28,667 nucleotides of DNA from Clostridia bacterium (GCA_051866635.1 JBJDXJ010000053.1:1-28667); one strand, 5' to 3'; counted from the first letter of the stretch, positions 9,260-18,753 are shown. Numbers and translations are program-made. The notes: a model not told the origin generated them from the letters alone.

Positions 9260-10273
9260 GTGCCGCTGATTGGTATAATACGCGGAACAGGCGAGGGCTA
9301 TTATTCTACAGGTTATTTGATAAAAATTATCAGGGCACTTAACAAAAGGTTTCGCTCTAAGATTAAATTTCTTGAAATTCCTCTGGGCGACAGGGAGAAA
9401 TACGGATATGAATTAAATCATGAGGCAATTGATAAAATAACCGGGTGTGACTGTCTTTTTGTGGGAGATTTTTCAAGTTTTTCAAATGATGTTGATTATT
9501 CAATTGATGACATAGTTATGGCATTATCCTGTGATACAGCCTCACTTTCCTTAAACGGAACAGGGAAGGACTCCTCTGTCAATGTTTGTATACATTCATA
9601 TTTTGACGGCGGTACGAATTTCCGTGATGGACAGAAAACTGTTGAAGGCACCTTAGAAACACGGGTTTGTTCAGCTTACAGTGCAATGAATATTGTAAAG
9701 TATATAAGCCGTAAATGCCAGGAGAGGCGACGGAGAATGTATTTTGTACAAGATAGTGAAAATGAATTTTTGTCAGATATGTTTTACAAAAATTTTGAAA
9801 GCTATATAATGCCTCAGTCTAATTTTCATCTTTACAAGTATGAAATAAAAGAAATATGTACAGAGATTTTAAGAAGACCAAACGATTTTGACACTTTGTT
9901 TGCATCAAAGACGGCAACAGATGCAATATGGGGGATTTACAGTGGACTTTTGGGAGGAAATTTAGCATCTTATACATTTTACGGCAGAAATTTCCCTGTT
10001 TATCATGTAAAATCAGTCTGTGCAAATTTATCATCTGAGGGTGAAACACCGTCACTTTCCTCATACATAATTGCACTTGCCGATATGCTTTACGCTGAAT
10101 TTGGTCAAGCTAAGGAACAAGCCTCTTTAAGAGGTGCCGTTGAAATCTTAACACGTGAAAACTACAGCGTAAAAGTCGGAGATATGTTCACCGAGCTTGT
10201 CATAGAGGAATTGCAAAAGAAAGTGCCAACAAAATACACAAAACGTAAAAACATAAGAAAGTTTTTAACATAG
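9260..10273 (+). CDS. Highly diverged isocitrate/isopropylmalate dehydrogenase (LeuB)-fold protein, probably catalytically inactive
   Basis: Colinear similarity to IPMDH: IGIIRGTGEG~IAVLPGDGIG, CDCLFVG~AEAVLLG, VNVCIHSYFDGGTNF~VDVLIVRELTGGIYF, ILRRPNDFDTL~LVRSPARFDVV, IIALADMLYAEFG~ILSAAMMLEHAFG. GAGGAGG RBS at 9245-9251. Confidence 0.7.
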   Translation: MPLIGIIRGTGEGYYSTGYLIKIIRALNKRFRSKIKFLEIPLGDREKYGYELNHEAIDKITGCDCLFVGDFSSFSNDVDYSIDDIVMALSCDTASLSLNGTGKDSSVNVCIHSYFDGGTNFRDGQKTVEGTLETRVCSAYSAMNIVKYISRKCQERRRRMYFVQDSENEFLSDMFYKNFESYIMPQSNFHLYKYEIKEICTEILRRPNDFDTLFASKTATDAIWGIYSGLLGGNLASYTFYGRNFPVYHVKSVCANLSSEGETPSLSSYIIALADMLYAEFGQAKEQASLRGAVEILTRENYSVKVGDMFTELVIEELQKKVPTKYTKRKNIRKFLT

Positions 10274-10449
10274 AAAAAGGAAGCTGTAAAAAAGTCTCTA
10301 ATAAATAAGTTAAGACCATTTGGGACAGTCCCCCTTATGGCAAATTGGGAGACAATTTGCCAAAGAAACCTCTAAAGGTTTTGTTGTGACAGTCCCGAAA
10401 TGGTCTTTTTGTTATCTCAGAGCCACTTTTTTACAGCCACTTTTTCTAT
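10270..10449. mobile_element. ~180-bp nested inverted-repeat element (MITE/REP-like or structured RNA), may also act as a bidirectional terminator
   Basis: Perfect IR blocks at 10270-10279/10440-10449, 10283-10295/10425-10437 and 10312-10321/10398-10407. Two inner hairpins. TAAC flanks both ends. Confidence 0.55.
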
Positions 10450-10458
10450 TAACTATAG

Positions 10459-11838
10459 TTATCTATAATTATTTAAAGCCTGCTTCGCAACTTCAATTGA
10501 TTTTGACACTGCACTTTCGGCAGGTCCGCCAGTAAGGCTTCTGCCTTCAACACAGGCAGTCATGCTGATAGCAGTGTAAATATCTTCTTCGATATACTCA
10601 CTGCATTCTTTCATTTCATCCATTGTCAAGTCGTCCAAGGCTTTATTGTTTTTTTCTGAAAATAAAACCATTTTTCCTACGATAGCATGTGCTTCTCTGA
10701 AGGGAACGCCCTTTTTAACAAGATAATCAGCCACATCTGTTGCATTAGAAAAACCGCCCTTAGCACCCTGAAGCATAGTCTCCTTATTTACACGCATGGT
10801 TTTAACCATACCTGTAAACACAGGTACGCAAAGCTTAACAGTGTCAATTGCGTCAAAAAGAGATTCCTTATCTTCTTGCATATCTTTGTTGTAGGCGAGA
10901 GGGATACCCTTCATAACTGTTAAAAGTGCAATCAAAGAACCGTAAACACGACCTGTCTTTCCGCGGATTAATTCGGCAACATCGGGGTTTTTCTTCTGTG
11001 GCATAATTGAGCTACCTGTACTGTAGCCGTCATCCATAGTAACAAACTTAAATTCGTTACTGCTCCAAAGAATAAGCTCTTCCGAAAAACGGGAAAGGTG
11101 CATCATAAGAATAGATAAATCACTTGTCAGTTCAATGGCAAAATCTCTGTCTGAAACACCATCAAGAGAGTTTGTGGTAACACTTGCAAAATTAAGCTCC
11201 TTTGCCACTGCTTCACGGTCAAGGGGATGTGTTGTTCCTGCCAACGCACCGCTTCCGAGAGGCATAACATTTGTTCTTCTGTATGTATCACTAAGTCTGT
11301 CCAAATCACGAAGGAGCATATTTACATAAGCCATAACGTGATGGGCAAATGTAATGGGCTGTGCCTTCTGAAGATGTGTGTAGCCGGGCATTATAGTCTT
11401 TGTATGTTCCTCTGCAATAGAAAGAAGCGTTTCAACAAGCTCAACAGTTTTAGAAGATATATCTTCAATTTCATCTTTTACATACATTCTTATATCAAGA
11501 GCCACCTGGTCGTTGCGGCTTCTGCCTGTATGAAGACGTTTACCCACATCTCCGATACGCTCAATAAGAATTTTTTCAACATTCATATGAATATCTTCGG
11601 CATCAATTTCAAATTCCACCTTGCCGTTTTCAATGTCAGATAAAATTTCACCAAGTGTTTTAATGATAAGTAGGCTGTCTTCCAAAGGAATAATGCCTCT
11701 ATTACCAAGCATCCTTGCATGTGCAATACTGCCGGTAATATCCTGTTTATAAAGTCTTTGGTCAAATCTTATTGATGAATTGAAGTCGTCAACCTTTTTG
11801 TCTGTTGCTTTTTCAAATCTTCCGCCCCAAAGTTTCAT
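10459..11838 (-). CDS. argH: Argininosuccinate lyase
   Basis: Motifs [33 protein letters not shown] and [12 protein letters not shown]. Confidence 0.97.
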   Translation of the reverse strand: MKLWGGRFEKATDKKVDDFNSSIRFDQRLYKQDITGSIAHARMLGNRGIIPLEDSLLIIKTLGEILSDIENGKVEFEIDAEDIHMNVEKILIERIGDVGKRLHTGRSRNDQVALDIRMYVKDEIEDISSKTVELVETLLSIAEEHTKTIMPGYTHLQKAQPITFAHHVMAYVNMLLRDLDRLSDTYRRTNVMPLGSGALAGTTHPLDREAVAKELNFASVTTNSLDGVSDRDFAIELTSDLSILMMHLSRFSEELILWSSNEFKFVTMDDGYSTGSSIMPQKKNPDVAELIRGKTGRVYGSLIALLTVMKGIPLAYNKDMQEDKESLFDAIDTVKLCVPVFTGMVKTMRVNKETMLQGAKGGFSNATDVADYLVKKGVPFREAHAIVGKMVLFSEKNNKALDDLTMDEMKECSEYIEEDIYTAISMTACVEGRSLTGGPAESAVSKSIEVAKQALNNYR

Positions 11839-11865
11839 GTTACCACCTCATTGTCAATTAATAAT

Positions 11866-11892
11866 ATAGGGCGGACACTTAATCCGCCCTAT
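11866..11892 (-). terminator. Stem-loop between argG and argH (weak terminator or mRNA stabiliser)
   Basis: Perfect 10-bp stem ATAGGGCGGA / TCCGCCCTAT with a 7-nt loop. Only an interrupted U/A tract follows on the minus strand. Confidence 0.55.
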
Positions 11893-11900
11893 TGATTTCA

Positions 11901-13112
11901 TTATTCGTTATCCTGAAGCATCATAGCTCTAACCTTTAAGGGGAGACCGAAGAGGTTGATGAAACCTTCTGCATCCTTATGGTTGTAAAGCTCCTTACTG
12001 TCGCCGAAGGAAGCAATCTTTTCATTGTAGAGAGAATACTTACTCTTTGCACCGGCAGAAGAAATATGACCCTTGTAAAGCTTAACTCTTACATCACCTG
12101 TAACAGTTTCCTGTGTGCTGTCAACAAAAGCGGAAAGAGCCTGGCGGAGAGGTGTAAACCACTTACCGTCATATACAAGTTCAGCAAACTTTATGGCAGC
12201 CTGACGTTTAAACGCCTGTGTATCACGGTCAAGACAGAGATATTCAAGTTCATCATGAGCGTATTGGAGTATTGTACCGCCGGGAGTTTCATAAACACCA
12301 CGGGACTTCATACCAACAAGTCTGTCTTCGCAGATATCAGCAATACCGATACCGTTAGCACCGCCGAGAGCGTTAAGCTTTTCAACAAGTTCAACAGGAC
12401 CCATCTTTACACCGTCAATAGCAACGGGGTTGCCCTTATCAAATGTAACTGTAACATATGTAGGTTCATCTGGTGCCTTTTCGGGAGAAACGGACAATTT
12501 AAGAAGTGTATCAAGCTGAGGTTCGTTAGCGGGATCTTCAAGATCCATACCTTCGTGGCTGATGTGCCAGATGTTACGGTCACGAGAATAAAGATCCTTC
12601 TTTGTTACAGGAATTTCAATACCGTGAGCTTCTGCATAATCAACAGCATCTTCTCTGCTCTTAATGTCCCAAATTCTCCAGGGAGCGATAATTTTAAGCT
12701 GGGGAGCAAGAGCCTTTATAGTAAGCTCGAAACGAACCTGGTCATTACCCTTACCTGTAGCACCGTGGCAAATTGCTGTAGCACCTTCCTTAAGTGCGAT
12801 TTCAACAAGTCTCTTTGCGATAACAGGACGTGCATGGCTTGTACCGAGAAGATATTTGCCTTCGTATACAGCACCTGCTTTAACAGTGGGAAATATATAA
12901 TCTCGCACATATTCTTCACGGAGATCCTCGATATAGCACTTGGAAGCACCGGATCTTTTAGCTCTCTCTTCAAGACCGTCAGTTTCCTTACCCTGACCAA
13001 CATCACCACATACTGCTATAACTTCACAGTCGTAGTTTTCGCGGAGCCAGGCAATGATAATGGATGTGTCAAGACCACCGGAATAAGCAAGAACAATTTT
13101 TTCTTTTGACAT
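11901..13112 (-). CDS. argG: Argininosuccinate synthase
   Basis: Motifs [24 protein letters not shown] and [21 protein letters not shown]. Confidence 0.97.
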   Translation of the reverse strand: MSKEKIVLAYSGGLDTSIIIAWLRENYDCEVIAVCGDVGQGKETDGLEERAKRSGASKCYIEDLREEYVRDYIFPTVKAGAVYEGKYLLGTSHARPVIAKRLVEIALKEGATAICHGATGKGNDQVRFELTIKALAPQLKIIAPWRIWDIKSREDAVDYAEAHGIEIPVTKKDLYSRDRNIWHISHEGMDLEDPANEPQLDTLLKLSVSPEKAPDEPTYVTVTFDKGNPVAIDGVKMGPVELVEKLNALGGANGIGIADICEDRLVGMKSRGVYETPGGTILQYAHDELEYLCLDRDTQAFKRQAAIKFAELVYDGKWFTPLRQALSAFVDSTQETVTGDVRVKLYKGHISSAGAKSKYSLYNEKIASFGDSKELYNHKDAEGFINLFGLPLKVRAMMLQDNE

Positions 13113-13142
13113 ATTGCAATTCCTCCTAAATGTGATAAAATA

Positions 13143-13190
13143 AATGTATAAAGTTTTTATTTATACATTACTTTTGTATATTATAAATCA
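13143..13190. promoter_or_regulatory. Candidate ArgR operator region (TGTAT/ATACA half-sites, 10-bp inverted repeat)
   Basis: AATGTATAAA (13143-13152), N7, TTTATACATT (13160-13169), plus a further TGTAT half-site at 13175. Lies over the predicted argG transcription start. The match to the 18-bp ARG box is imperfect. Confidence 0.45.
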
Positions 13191-13208
13191 CTTTAAAGGA
13201 TTTAGCAA
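13180..13208 (-). promoter_or_regulatory. Sigma-A promoter of argGH
   Basis: Minus strand reads TTGCTA (13208-13203), N17, TATAAT (13185-13180). Confidence 0.7.
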
Positions 13209-13236
13209 CACTTTTTTTGAAAAAACGGAGTTTTTT

Positions 13237-13746
13237 ATGAGAATTTTAGGTATTGATCCGGGAATTGCCATTGTTGGAACCGGAATTATAGAGAAATCAG
13301 GGAACAAATATGTGCCAATATATTACGATGCTATAATTACAAAAGCACATACACCGCTGGAAGAGCGGATTGAAACGGTGTACAATAAAACGGTGGAATT
13401 AATTCAAACTTACAACCCGGATGCCATTGCAGTTGAGGAACTGTTTTTTAATAATAATGCAAAAACTGCCTTTGCAGTAGGACAAGCAAGAGGCGTTATA
13501 CTTCTGGCGGCAAAGCAGAATAATATTCCTTTTTATGAATATACCCCACTTGAGGTTAAACAGGCGTTGACAGGTTACGGAAGGGCAGACAAAAAACAGA
13601 TGCAACAGATGGTCAAGTCATTTTTGGGGCTTAGCGAAGTTCCAAAACCAGACGATACTGCCGATGCTTTGGCAATTGCAATTTGTCACGGCAACAGCGT
13701 ACGGTTTAACAGCATAGAACAAATGTTGGGAGGAAACAAAAGATGA
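13237..13746 (+). CDS. ruvC: Holliday junction resolvase RuvC
   Basis: MRILGIDPG, AVEELFF, GQARGV, EYTPLEVK, GYGRADK and DDTADALAIA. Start moved to ATG 13237 after a GGAG RBS. Confidence 0.96.
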   Translation: MRILGIDPGIAIVGTGIIEKSGNKYVPIYYDAIITKAHTPLEERIETVYNKTVELIQTYNPDAIAVEELFFNNNAKTAFAVGQARGVILLAAKQNNIPFYEYTPLEVKQALTGYGRADKKQMQQMVKSFLGLSEVPKPDDTADALAIAICHGNSVRFNSIEQMLGGNKR

Positions 13747-14342
13747 TAGCCTTTATTAAAGGTATAGTTACGCATATTGACGATCAAGGTGCCATTATTG
13801 ATGTAGGCGGAGTAGGTTTTTTAGTCACCATGCCTGCGATTGATATCGGAAAGTTGCCTAAAGTCGGACAGGAGGCACTTGTATACACATATCTTTATGT
13901 GAGAGAAGATGTTATGGAGCTTTTCGGTTTTTCCGATAAAGAATCCATAAAGTATTTTAAAAAGCTCATAAGCGTGTCCGGTGTGGGTCCTAAAGCGGCG
14001 ATTTCACTGTTGTCCGCATTGACTCCTTCCGAATTGGCACTTGCAATTATTTCTTCGGATTCAAAAGCCATCGGCAAAGCGAAGGGAATAGGTCCTAAAA
14101 TGGCACAGAGAATTGTTCTTGAATTAAAGGGCAAGGTGGAAACAGAAGATGCAATAGGGCAGGGTGCTGTAAGCGAGAGCGTTTATAAACCAAGTGTTGA
14201 CACTTCTGCCGTAAATGCTCTTATCGCATTGGGATGCTCTCCCAGTGAAGCGCAGAAAACTGTAATGCAGATATCAGGCGAAAACCTTACAACCGAAGAT
14301 ATTATCAAAGAAGCATTAAGGAGGTTGTCAAATGGAATTTGA
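13743..14342 (+). CDS. ruvA: Holliday junction branch-migration protein RuvA
   Basis: MIAFIKG, DVGGVG, VRED..LFGF, HhH motifs VSGVGPK and [11 protein letters not shown]-terminal ALIALG. Confidence 0.96.
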   Translation: MIAFIKGIVTHIDDQGAIIDVGGVGFLVTMPAIDIGKLPKVGQEALVYTYLYVREDVMELFGFSDKESIKYFKKLISVSGVGPKAAISLLSALTPSELALAIISSDSKAIGKAKGIGPKMAQRIVLELKGKVETEDAIGQGAVSESVYKPSVDTSAVNALIALGCSPSEAQKTVMQISGENLTTEDIIKEALRRLSNGI

Positions 14343-15351
14343 CGATAGAATGATATCCCCCAACATGTTAATGGGCGATGATGCAGAAGTGGGAATACGC
14401 CCTAAAACCATGGAGGAATATGTTGGTCAGGATAAAGTAAAAAAGACACTTGAAATTTACATAAAAGCCGCCCTTGAACGCCACGAAGCCCTGGACCATA
14501 CGCTTTTATACGGACCTCCCGGTTTGGGTAAAACCACACTTGCGGGGATTATTGCAAACGAAATGGGCGTAAACTTAAAAATCACAAGCGGTCCCGCCAT
14601 TGAAAAGCCAATGGATATGGCGGCAATTTTAACTAATTTAGGCCCTCAGGATATTTTATTTATCGATGAAATACACAGGCTGTCCAGAACAGTTGAAGAA
14701 ATATTATATTCCGCAATGGAAGATTTCTCACTGGACATTATTGTGGGCAAGGGGCCCAGTGCACAAAGTGTAAGGCTTAGCTTACAGCCCTTTACTTTGG
14801 TGGGAGCAACAACAAGAGCAGGTCTTTTGTCAGCACCCCTTCGTGACCGTTTCGGTGTGATTGAAAGGCTGGAATTGTATAATACTTATGATTTATCCCG
14901 TATTATAAAACGAAGCAGTAATATTTTAGGCATAGATATTGCAGATGAAGGTGCCGCTGAAATTGCATCACGTTCACGCGGTACACCGAGAATTGCCAAC
15001 AGGCTGTTAAAACGTGTGCGTGACTATGCACAGGTAAAGCGTGAAGGTATGATTTCAAAAACCTGTGCTGATGAGGCATTGAATCTTTTGGAAATAGATT
15101 CCTTAGGACTTGACGCTGTTGATAAAAAAATGATGACATCAATAATGGTTTCCTTTGACGGAGGTCCGGTAGGTCTTGATACATTGGCGGCAACAATAGG
15201 TGAGGACAGCCGTACAATCGAAGATGTTTACGAACCTTATCTTTTACAATTGGGCTTTTTAAACCGCACACCACGTGGACGCATAGCCACTAAAATGGCA
15301 TATGAACATTATAAAATACCACCAAAAGATACTCAGACTTCTCTTTATTAA
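14332..15351 (+). CDS. ruvB: Holliday junction branch-migration ATPase RuvB
   Basis: Motifs [37 protein letters not shown] and RTPRGR. Confidence 0.97.
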   Translation: MEFDDRMISPNMLMGDDAEVGIRPKTMEEYVGQDKVKKTLEIYIKAALERHEALDHTLLYGPPGLGKTTLAGIIANEMGVNLKITSGPAIEKPMDMAAILTNLGPQDILFIDEIHRLSRTVEEILYSAMEDFSLDIIVGKGPSAQSVRLSLQPFTLVGATTRAGLLSAPLRDRFGVIERLELYNTYDLSRIIKRSSNILGIDIADEGAAEIASRSRGTPRIANRLLKRVRDYAQVKREGMISKTCADEALNLLEIDSLGLDAVDKKMMTSIMVSFDGGPVGLDTLAATIGEDSRTIEDVYEPYLLQLGFLNRTPRGRIATKMAYEHYKIPPKDTQTSLY

Positions 15352-15425
15352 CATTCTGTTAAAACAAGTCGATATTAAAAGGAGAAAAGAAAAATATGAC
15401 GAATAACAAATCCGGAGGTGATATA

Positions 15426-16844
15426 ATGCGACGATGGGCAGCTTTATTTTTAGCTGTTGCAATACTTTTTTCTTGGGCAATAAACGTAAGTGCATTTACA
15501 ATAAACTATGACGGAATGACAGTTGACTATCCATGGGACCCTATTGTACTTGTGGTGGACGGGAATACTGTTGTTACAGAAGAAATGCCGCCTATTATTA
15601 TAGACGGGCGAACGCTTGTTCCGGCACGTGAATTTTTCGAGCAGTTAGGTGCCACTGTCACATGGAATAATGACTTTAGATGCGTTATAATTGAACTTAA
15701 CGGCACCCAAACTGTTCTTACAATAGATTCCAAAATAGTATATATTAACGGCAATTCCACATCTATTGCACCTGAAGACCCTGCACCGAAAATTGTTAAT
15801 AACAAGACTATGATTCCGGTAAGATTTGTATCGGAAGAATTTGGTTTTAAGGTTGAGTGGTTAAATGAAACACGAACTGTAAAAATAACTTCTCCCGATT
15901 ACGTCAGAGAGGATGTTACAAAAGTTGCTTTGTCAGTGGAGGATAATGCAGACTGTATTTTTATCGCTATGAATGAGTTTGTGAACCCCAATATTTTCAA
16001 AATGGACAACCCCAAACGTCTTGTAATTGACATTTATGACATGAACACTACCATAAAAGACGGCAGCATTGATGAAAGCGGCAACGTGGTGAGCCGTATA
16101 CGCTACAGTCAGCACGAAGACAGGTTCAGAGTAGTTGCGGATTTGAATGCGGACATTAATTATGAAATTCTTAAACTTAAAAATGGTGTGGAAATTTATC
16201 TTACAAAAAATAATTCTTCCGTACAAGAAATTCCAACTGAGCCTGAAACAACCCCAACGGAACCTACATATCCAAATTTAGGCGGTTATGTAGTAGTTAT
16301 AGACCCGGGACACGGTGGTACAGACCCCGGTGCAATATATCCGATAGGTTCATCCAACCCTTCTGCAAGGGAAAAGGATATAACATTAAATATTGCTCTT
16401 AAAATAAAGGCAATATTAACAAATGCCGGTGTTAAGGTTGTTATGACACGAGAAGGGGATACTTATCCGACTTTACCTGAAAGGGTAGAGCTGGCAAACA
16501 GCATTAATGCTGACTTATATGTTTCCGTCCACTGTAACGCAATGGAGAACAAAAATGAAATTGACGGGGCACAGGTTTATTATCACAGTTCTTCCGCTAC
16601 AGGCAAAAAAATTGCATCTATTGTTTATGAAAAAATTATTAATTATACAGGAATGACAAGACGAGGAATTCAGGACGGTTCATCTTTGTATGTTTTAAAA
16701 AACACAACTATGCCTGCAATATTGACAGAAGGTGGATTTATCACAAACGAAAAGGATCGTAAGTATCTTAATACAGAGCTTGGCAGACAAGCTATGGCAA
16801 ATGCAATTGCCGACGGCATTATGGAGGCATTGAGTTTATTATGA
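15426..16844 (+). CDS. Secreted N-acetylmuramoyl-L-alanine amidase (Cu-amine-oxidase N-terminal-like domain, AMIN domain, Pro/Thr linker, Amidase_3)
   Basis: Signal peptide MRRWAALFLAVAILFSWAINVSA after a GGAGGTG RBS (alternative ATG at 15396). GRTLVPAR and TMIPVRFVSE, NPKRLVIDI, and zinc motifs IDPGHGG, EK, SVHCNA, TEGGF. Confidence 0.92.
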   Translation: MRRWAALFLAVAILFSWAINVSAFTINYDGMTVDYPWDPIVLVVDGNTVVTEEMPPIIIDGRTLVPAREFFEQLGATVTWNNDFRCVIIELNGTQTVLTIDSKIVYINGNSTSIAPEDPAPKIVNNKTMIPVRFVSEEFGFKVEWLNETRTVKITSPDYVREDVTKVALSVEDNADCIFIAMNEFVNPNIFKMDNPKRLVIDIYDMNTTIKDGSIDESGNVVSRIRYSQHEDRFRVVADLNADINYEILKLKNGVEIYLTKNNSSVQEIPTEPETTPTEPTYPNLGGYVVVIDPGHGGTDPGAIYPIGSSNPSAREKDITLNIALKIKAILTNAGVKVVMTREGDTYPTLPERVELANSINADLYVSVHCNAMENKNEIDGAQVYYHSSSATGKKIASIVYEKIINYTGMTRRGIQDGSSLYVLKNTTMPAILTEGGFITNEKDRKYLNTELGRQAMANAIADGIMEALSLL

Positions 16845-17287
16845 AAATTTTAGTGGATGCCGATGCATGCCCTGTTAAGGATATAATCGTCAAAGTGGCA
16901 AAAGCCTACAATCTTGAGGTTGTAATGGTAATTGATACCAGCCATATTATAAATGACGGCTATTCCACCGTTTATACTGTAGATAAAGGCAGTGACAGTG
17001 CAGATATATATCTTATAAACCTTGCGAAAGAGAATGATATTATCGTCACCCAGGATTACGGAGTTGCGGCAATGGCTTTGGGAAAAAGGTGCTTTGCACT
17101 TAACCAGAACGGAATGGAATATACCTCAGAAAATATCGATTCCTTGCTTTTAAGCAGGCATATAGGGAAAAAGATACGCCGAAGCGGAGGAAAGATTAAT
17201 TCAGTTCCAAAGCGAACGAAGGATGACGACAAAAAATTTGATATTACATTCAGACAAATAATAGAAAAAGCCTTGCTTAATTTATAA
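16841..17287 (+). CDS. YaiI/YqxD (UPF0178) family protein
   Basis: Motifs MKILVDADACPVK, DSAD, IVTQDYGVA and basic C-terminus RRSGG. Confidence 0.9.
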   Translation: MKILVDADACPVKDIIVKVAKAYNLEVVMVIDTSHIINDGYSTVYTVDKGSDSADIYLINLAKENDIIVTQDYGVAAMALGKRCFALNQNGMEYTSENIDSLLLSRHIGKKIRRSGGKINSVPKRTKDDDKKFDITFRQIIEKALLNL

Positions 17288-17303
17288 GCGAGGCTTTTTC
17301 TAT
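17261..17303. terminator. Bidirectional intrinsic terminator between convergent yaiI-like gene and trkH
   Basis: ATAGAAAAAGCCTTGCTT / AAGCGAGGCTTTTTCTAT stem (one G-U pair) with A and T tracts on each side. Confidence 0.8.
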
Positions 17304-17315
17304 TGCATTTTTGAA

Positions 17316-18752
17316 CTACTTTCTGTGCCATGTAGCAGGGGAGAAGAATATCAGAACAGGGAAGATTTCAAGTCTGCCCGCTAACATGTTAACAGAAAGA
17401 ACGAGTTTTCCCATTGTGGAAAACTGTGAAAAGTTATTGACAGGACCAACACCTGCCAAACCGGGACCTACATTATTCAAGGTTGCCGCAACGGCAGTAA
17501 AAGAAGTTACCAAATCAAACCCTTCTAACAAAATTAAAAGGAATGATGCCGCAAAAAAGAAAATATAGGTGGCAAAATAAACATTTACAATACGTATAAT
17601 TTCATGGCTTATGGGCTTATTGTCAATTGTCAATATCTTAATGCTTCTTGGATGTATTAAGGATGAAAGCTGTTTTTTTACGGTTTTTGCGTAAATTACA
17701 AATCTGGATATTTTAATACCGCCGCCTGTACTTCCCGCACATGCGCCAACGAACATAAGCATGACTAAAATTGCTTTTGAGAAGGTGGGCCACAGGTCAA
17801 AGTTGGCAGTGGAAAATCCCGTACTTGTCATGATACTTGAGGTCTGGAAGCAAATATCCGTAAAGTTAAAATATTCGTTAGCTGTGAAAAATACATTGAG
17901 CCCCACTGCTAAGGTAGCTGTAAAATATATTATCAGGTACCACTTTAATTCCTCATTTGAAAAAGCTTCCTTAAAGCGTTTTGCAATTATAAGAAAGTAT
18001 ATGTTGAAATTCACACCGAAAAGTAACATGAAAACACTTACAATGTTTTGTGCAAGAAGGGAATAAGGTGCTATCGAATCGTTAAGCGGGGCAAATCCTC
18101 CTGTGCCTGCGGTACCGAATGTAACACACAATGCATCAAATACGGGGACTCGTGCGATAATCAAAAGAACTATTTCAAACAACGTAAGAGTGATATACAG
18201 TGTATATAAAATAGTTGCCGAATGTTTAAGCTTAGGCACCAGCTTACCAACAGAGGGACCTGTACTTTCCGCTTTCAGAAAATACACCGCCTGACCGCTT
18301 GCGGCAGGCATAACGGCAAGAATGAACACCAGTACGCCCATGCCGCCTATCCAGTTAGAAAAGCAACGCCAGAAGCTCATGCCTTTAGATAATGCCTCAA
18401 TATCGGTTAAAATCGTTGCACCTGTTGTGGTATAACCTGAAACAGTTTCGAAAATAGCATCAATAAAGGAGGGAATTTCCCCTGAAATTGTAAAAGGAAC
18501 TGCCGACATCAATGATATGACAACCCATGCCAGTGTAGCAACAATGAAACCTTCTCGTGCAAAGAAGCGTTTGTTTGAAGGTTTTCTCATTTTTAAAAGA
18601 TAGCCTATAATACCAAAGAAAAAGGCACATCCTAAAAATACAAAACATGTATTTTCTCTGTAAATTGCTGAAACTAAAGCAGGCAGTAGCATAAATACTG
18701 AAATAGTCAACACTACCCAACCTGTTATATATCTTATTATGGAGTAATTCAT
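17316..18752 (-). CDS. trkH: Trk system potassium uptake membrane subunit
   Basis: Four pore-loop motifs (SGYTTTGAT, TAGTGGF, MTSTGFS, LNNVGPG), GACAGSTGGGIK and MLAGRLE. Confidence 0.95.
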   Translation of the reverse strand: MNYSIIRYITGWVVLTISVFMLLPALVSAIYRENTCFVFLGCAFFFGIIGYLLKMRKPSNKRFFAREGFIVATLAWVVISLMSAVPFTISGEIPSFIDAIFETVSGYTTTGATILTDIEALSKGMSFWRCFSNWIGGMGVLVFILAVMPAASGQAVYFLKAESTGPSVGKLVPKLKHSATILYTLYITLTLFEIVLLIIARVPVFDALCVTFGTAGTGGFAPLNDSIAPYSLLAQNIVSVFMLLFGVNFNIYFLIIAKRFKEAFSNEELKWYLIIYFTATLAVGLNVFFTANEYFNFTDICFQTSSIMTSTGFSTANFDLWPTFSKAILVMLMFVGACAGSTGGGIKISRFVIYAKTVKKQLSSLIHPRSIKILTIDNKPISHEIIRIVNVYFATYIFFFAASFLLILLEGFDLVTSFTAVAATLNNVGPGLAGVGPVNNFSQFSTMGKLVLSVNMLAGRLEIFPVLIFFSPATWHRK

Positions 18753-18753
18753 A

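Noticed and set aside
10320-10535. 71-aa ORF starting within the inverted-repeat element
   Set aside because: TTG start without an RBS, overlaps the argH 3' end, and shows no transposase or toxin motif.
11979-13109. 376-aa plus-strand ORF antisense to argG
   Set aside because: It lies entirely opposite a highly conserved gene in the codon-mirrored frame and has no recognisable motifs. It is best explained as a shadow ORF arising from argG codon bias.
13237-13746. RuvC as a Cas/TnpB-type effector nuclease
   Set aside because: It is a canonical 169-aa resolvase in a ruvCAB operon with no array or transposon context.
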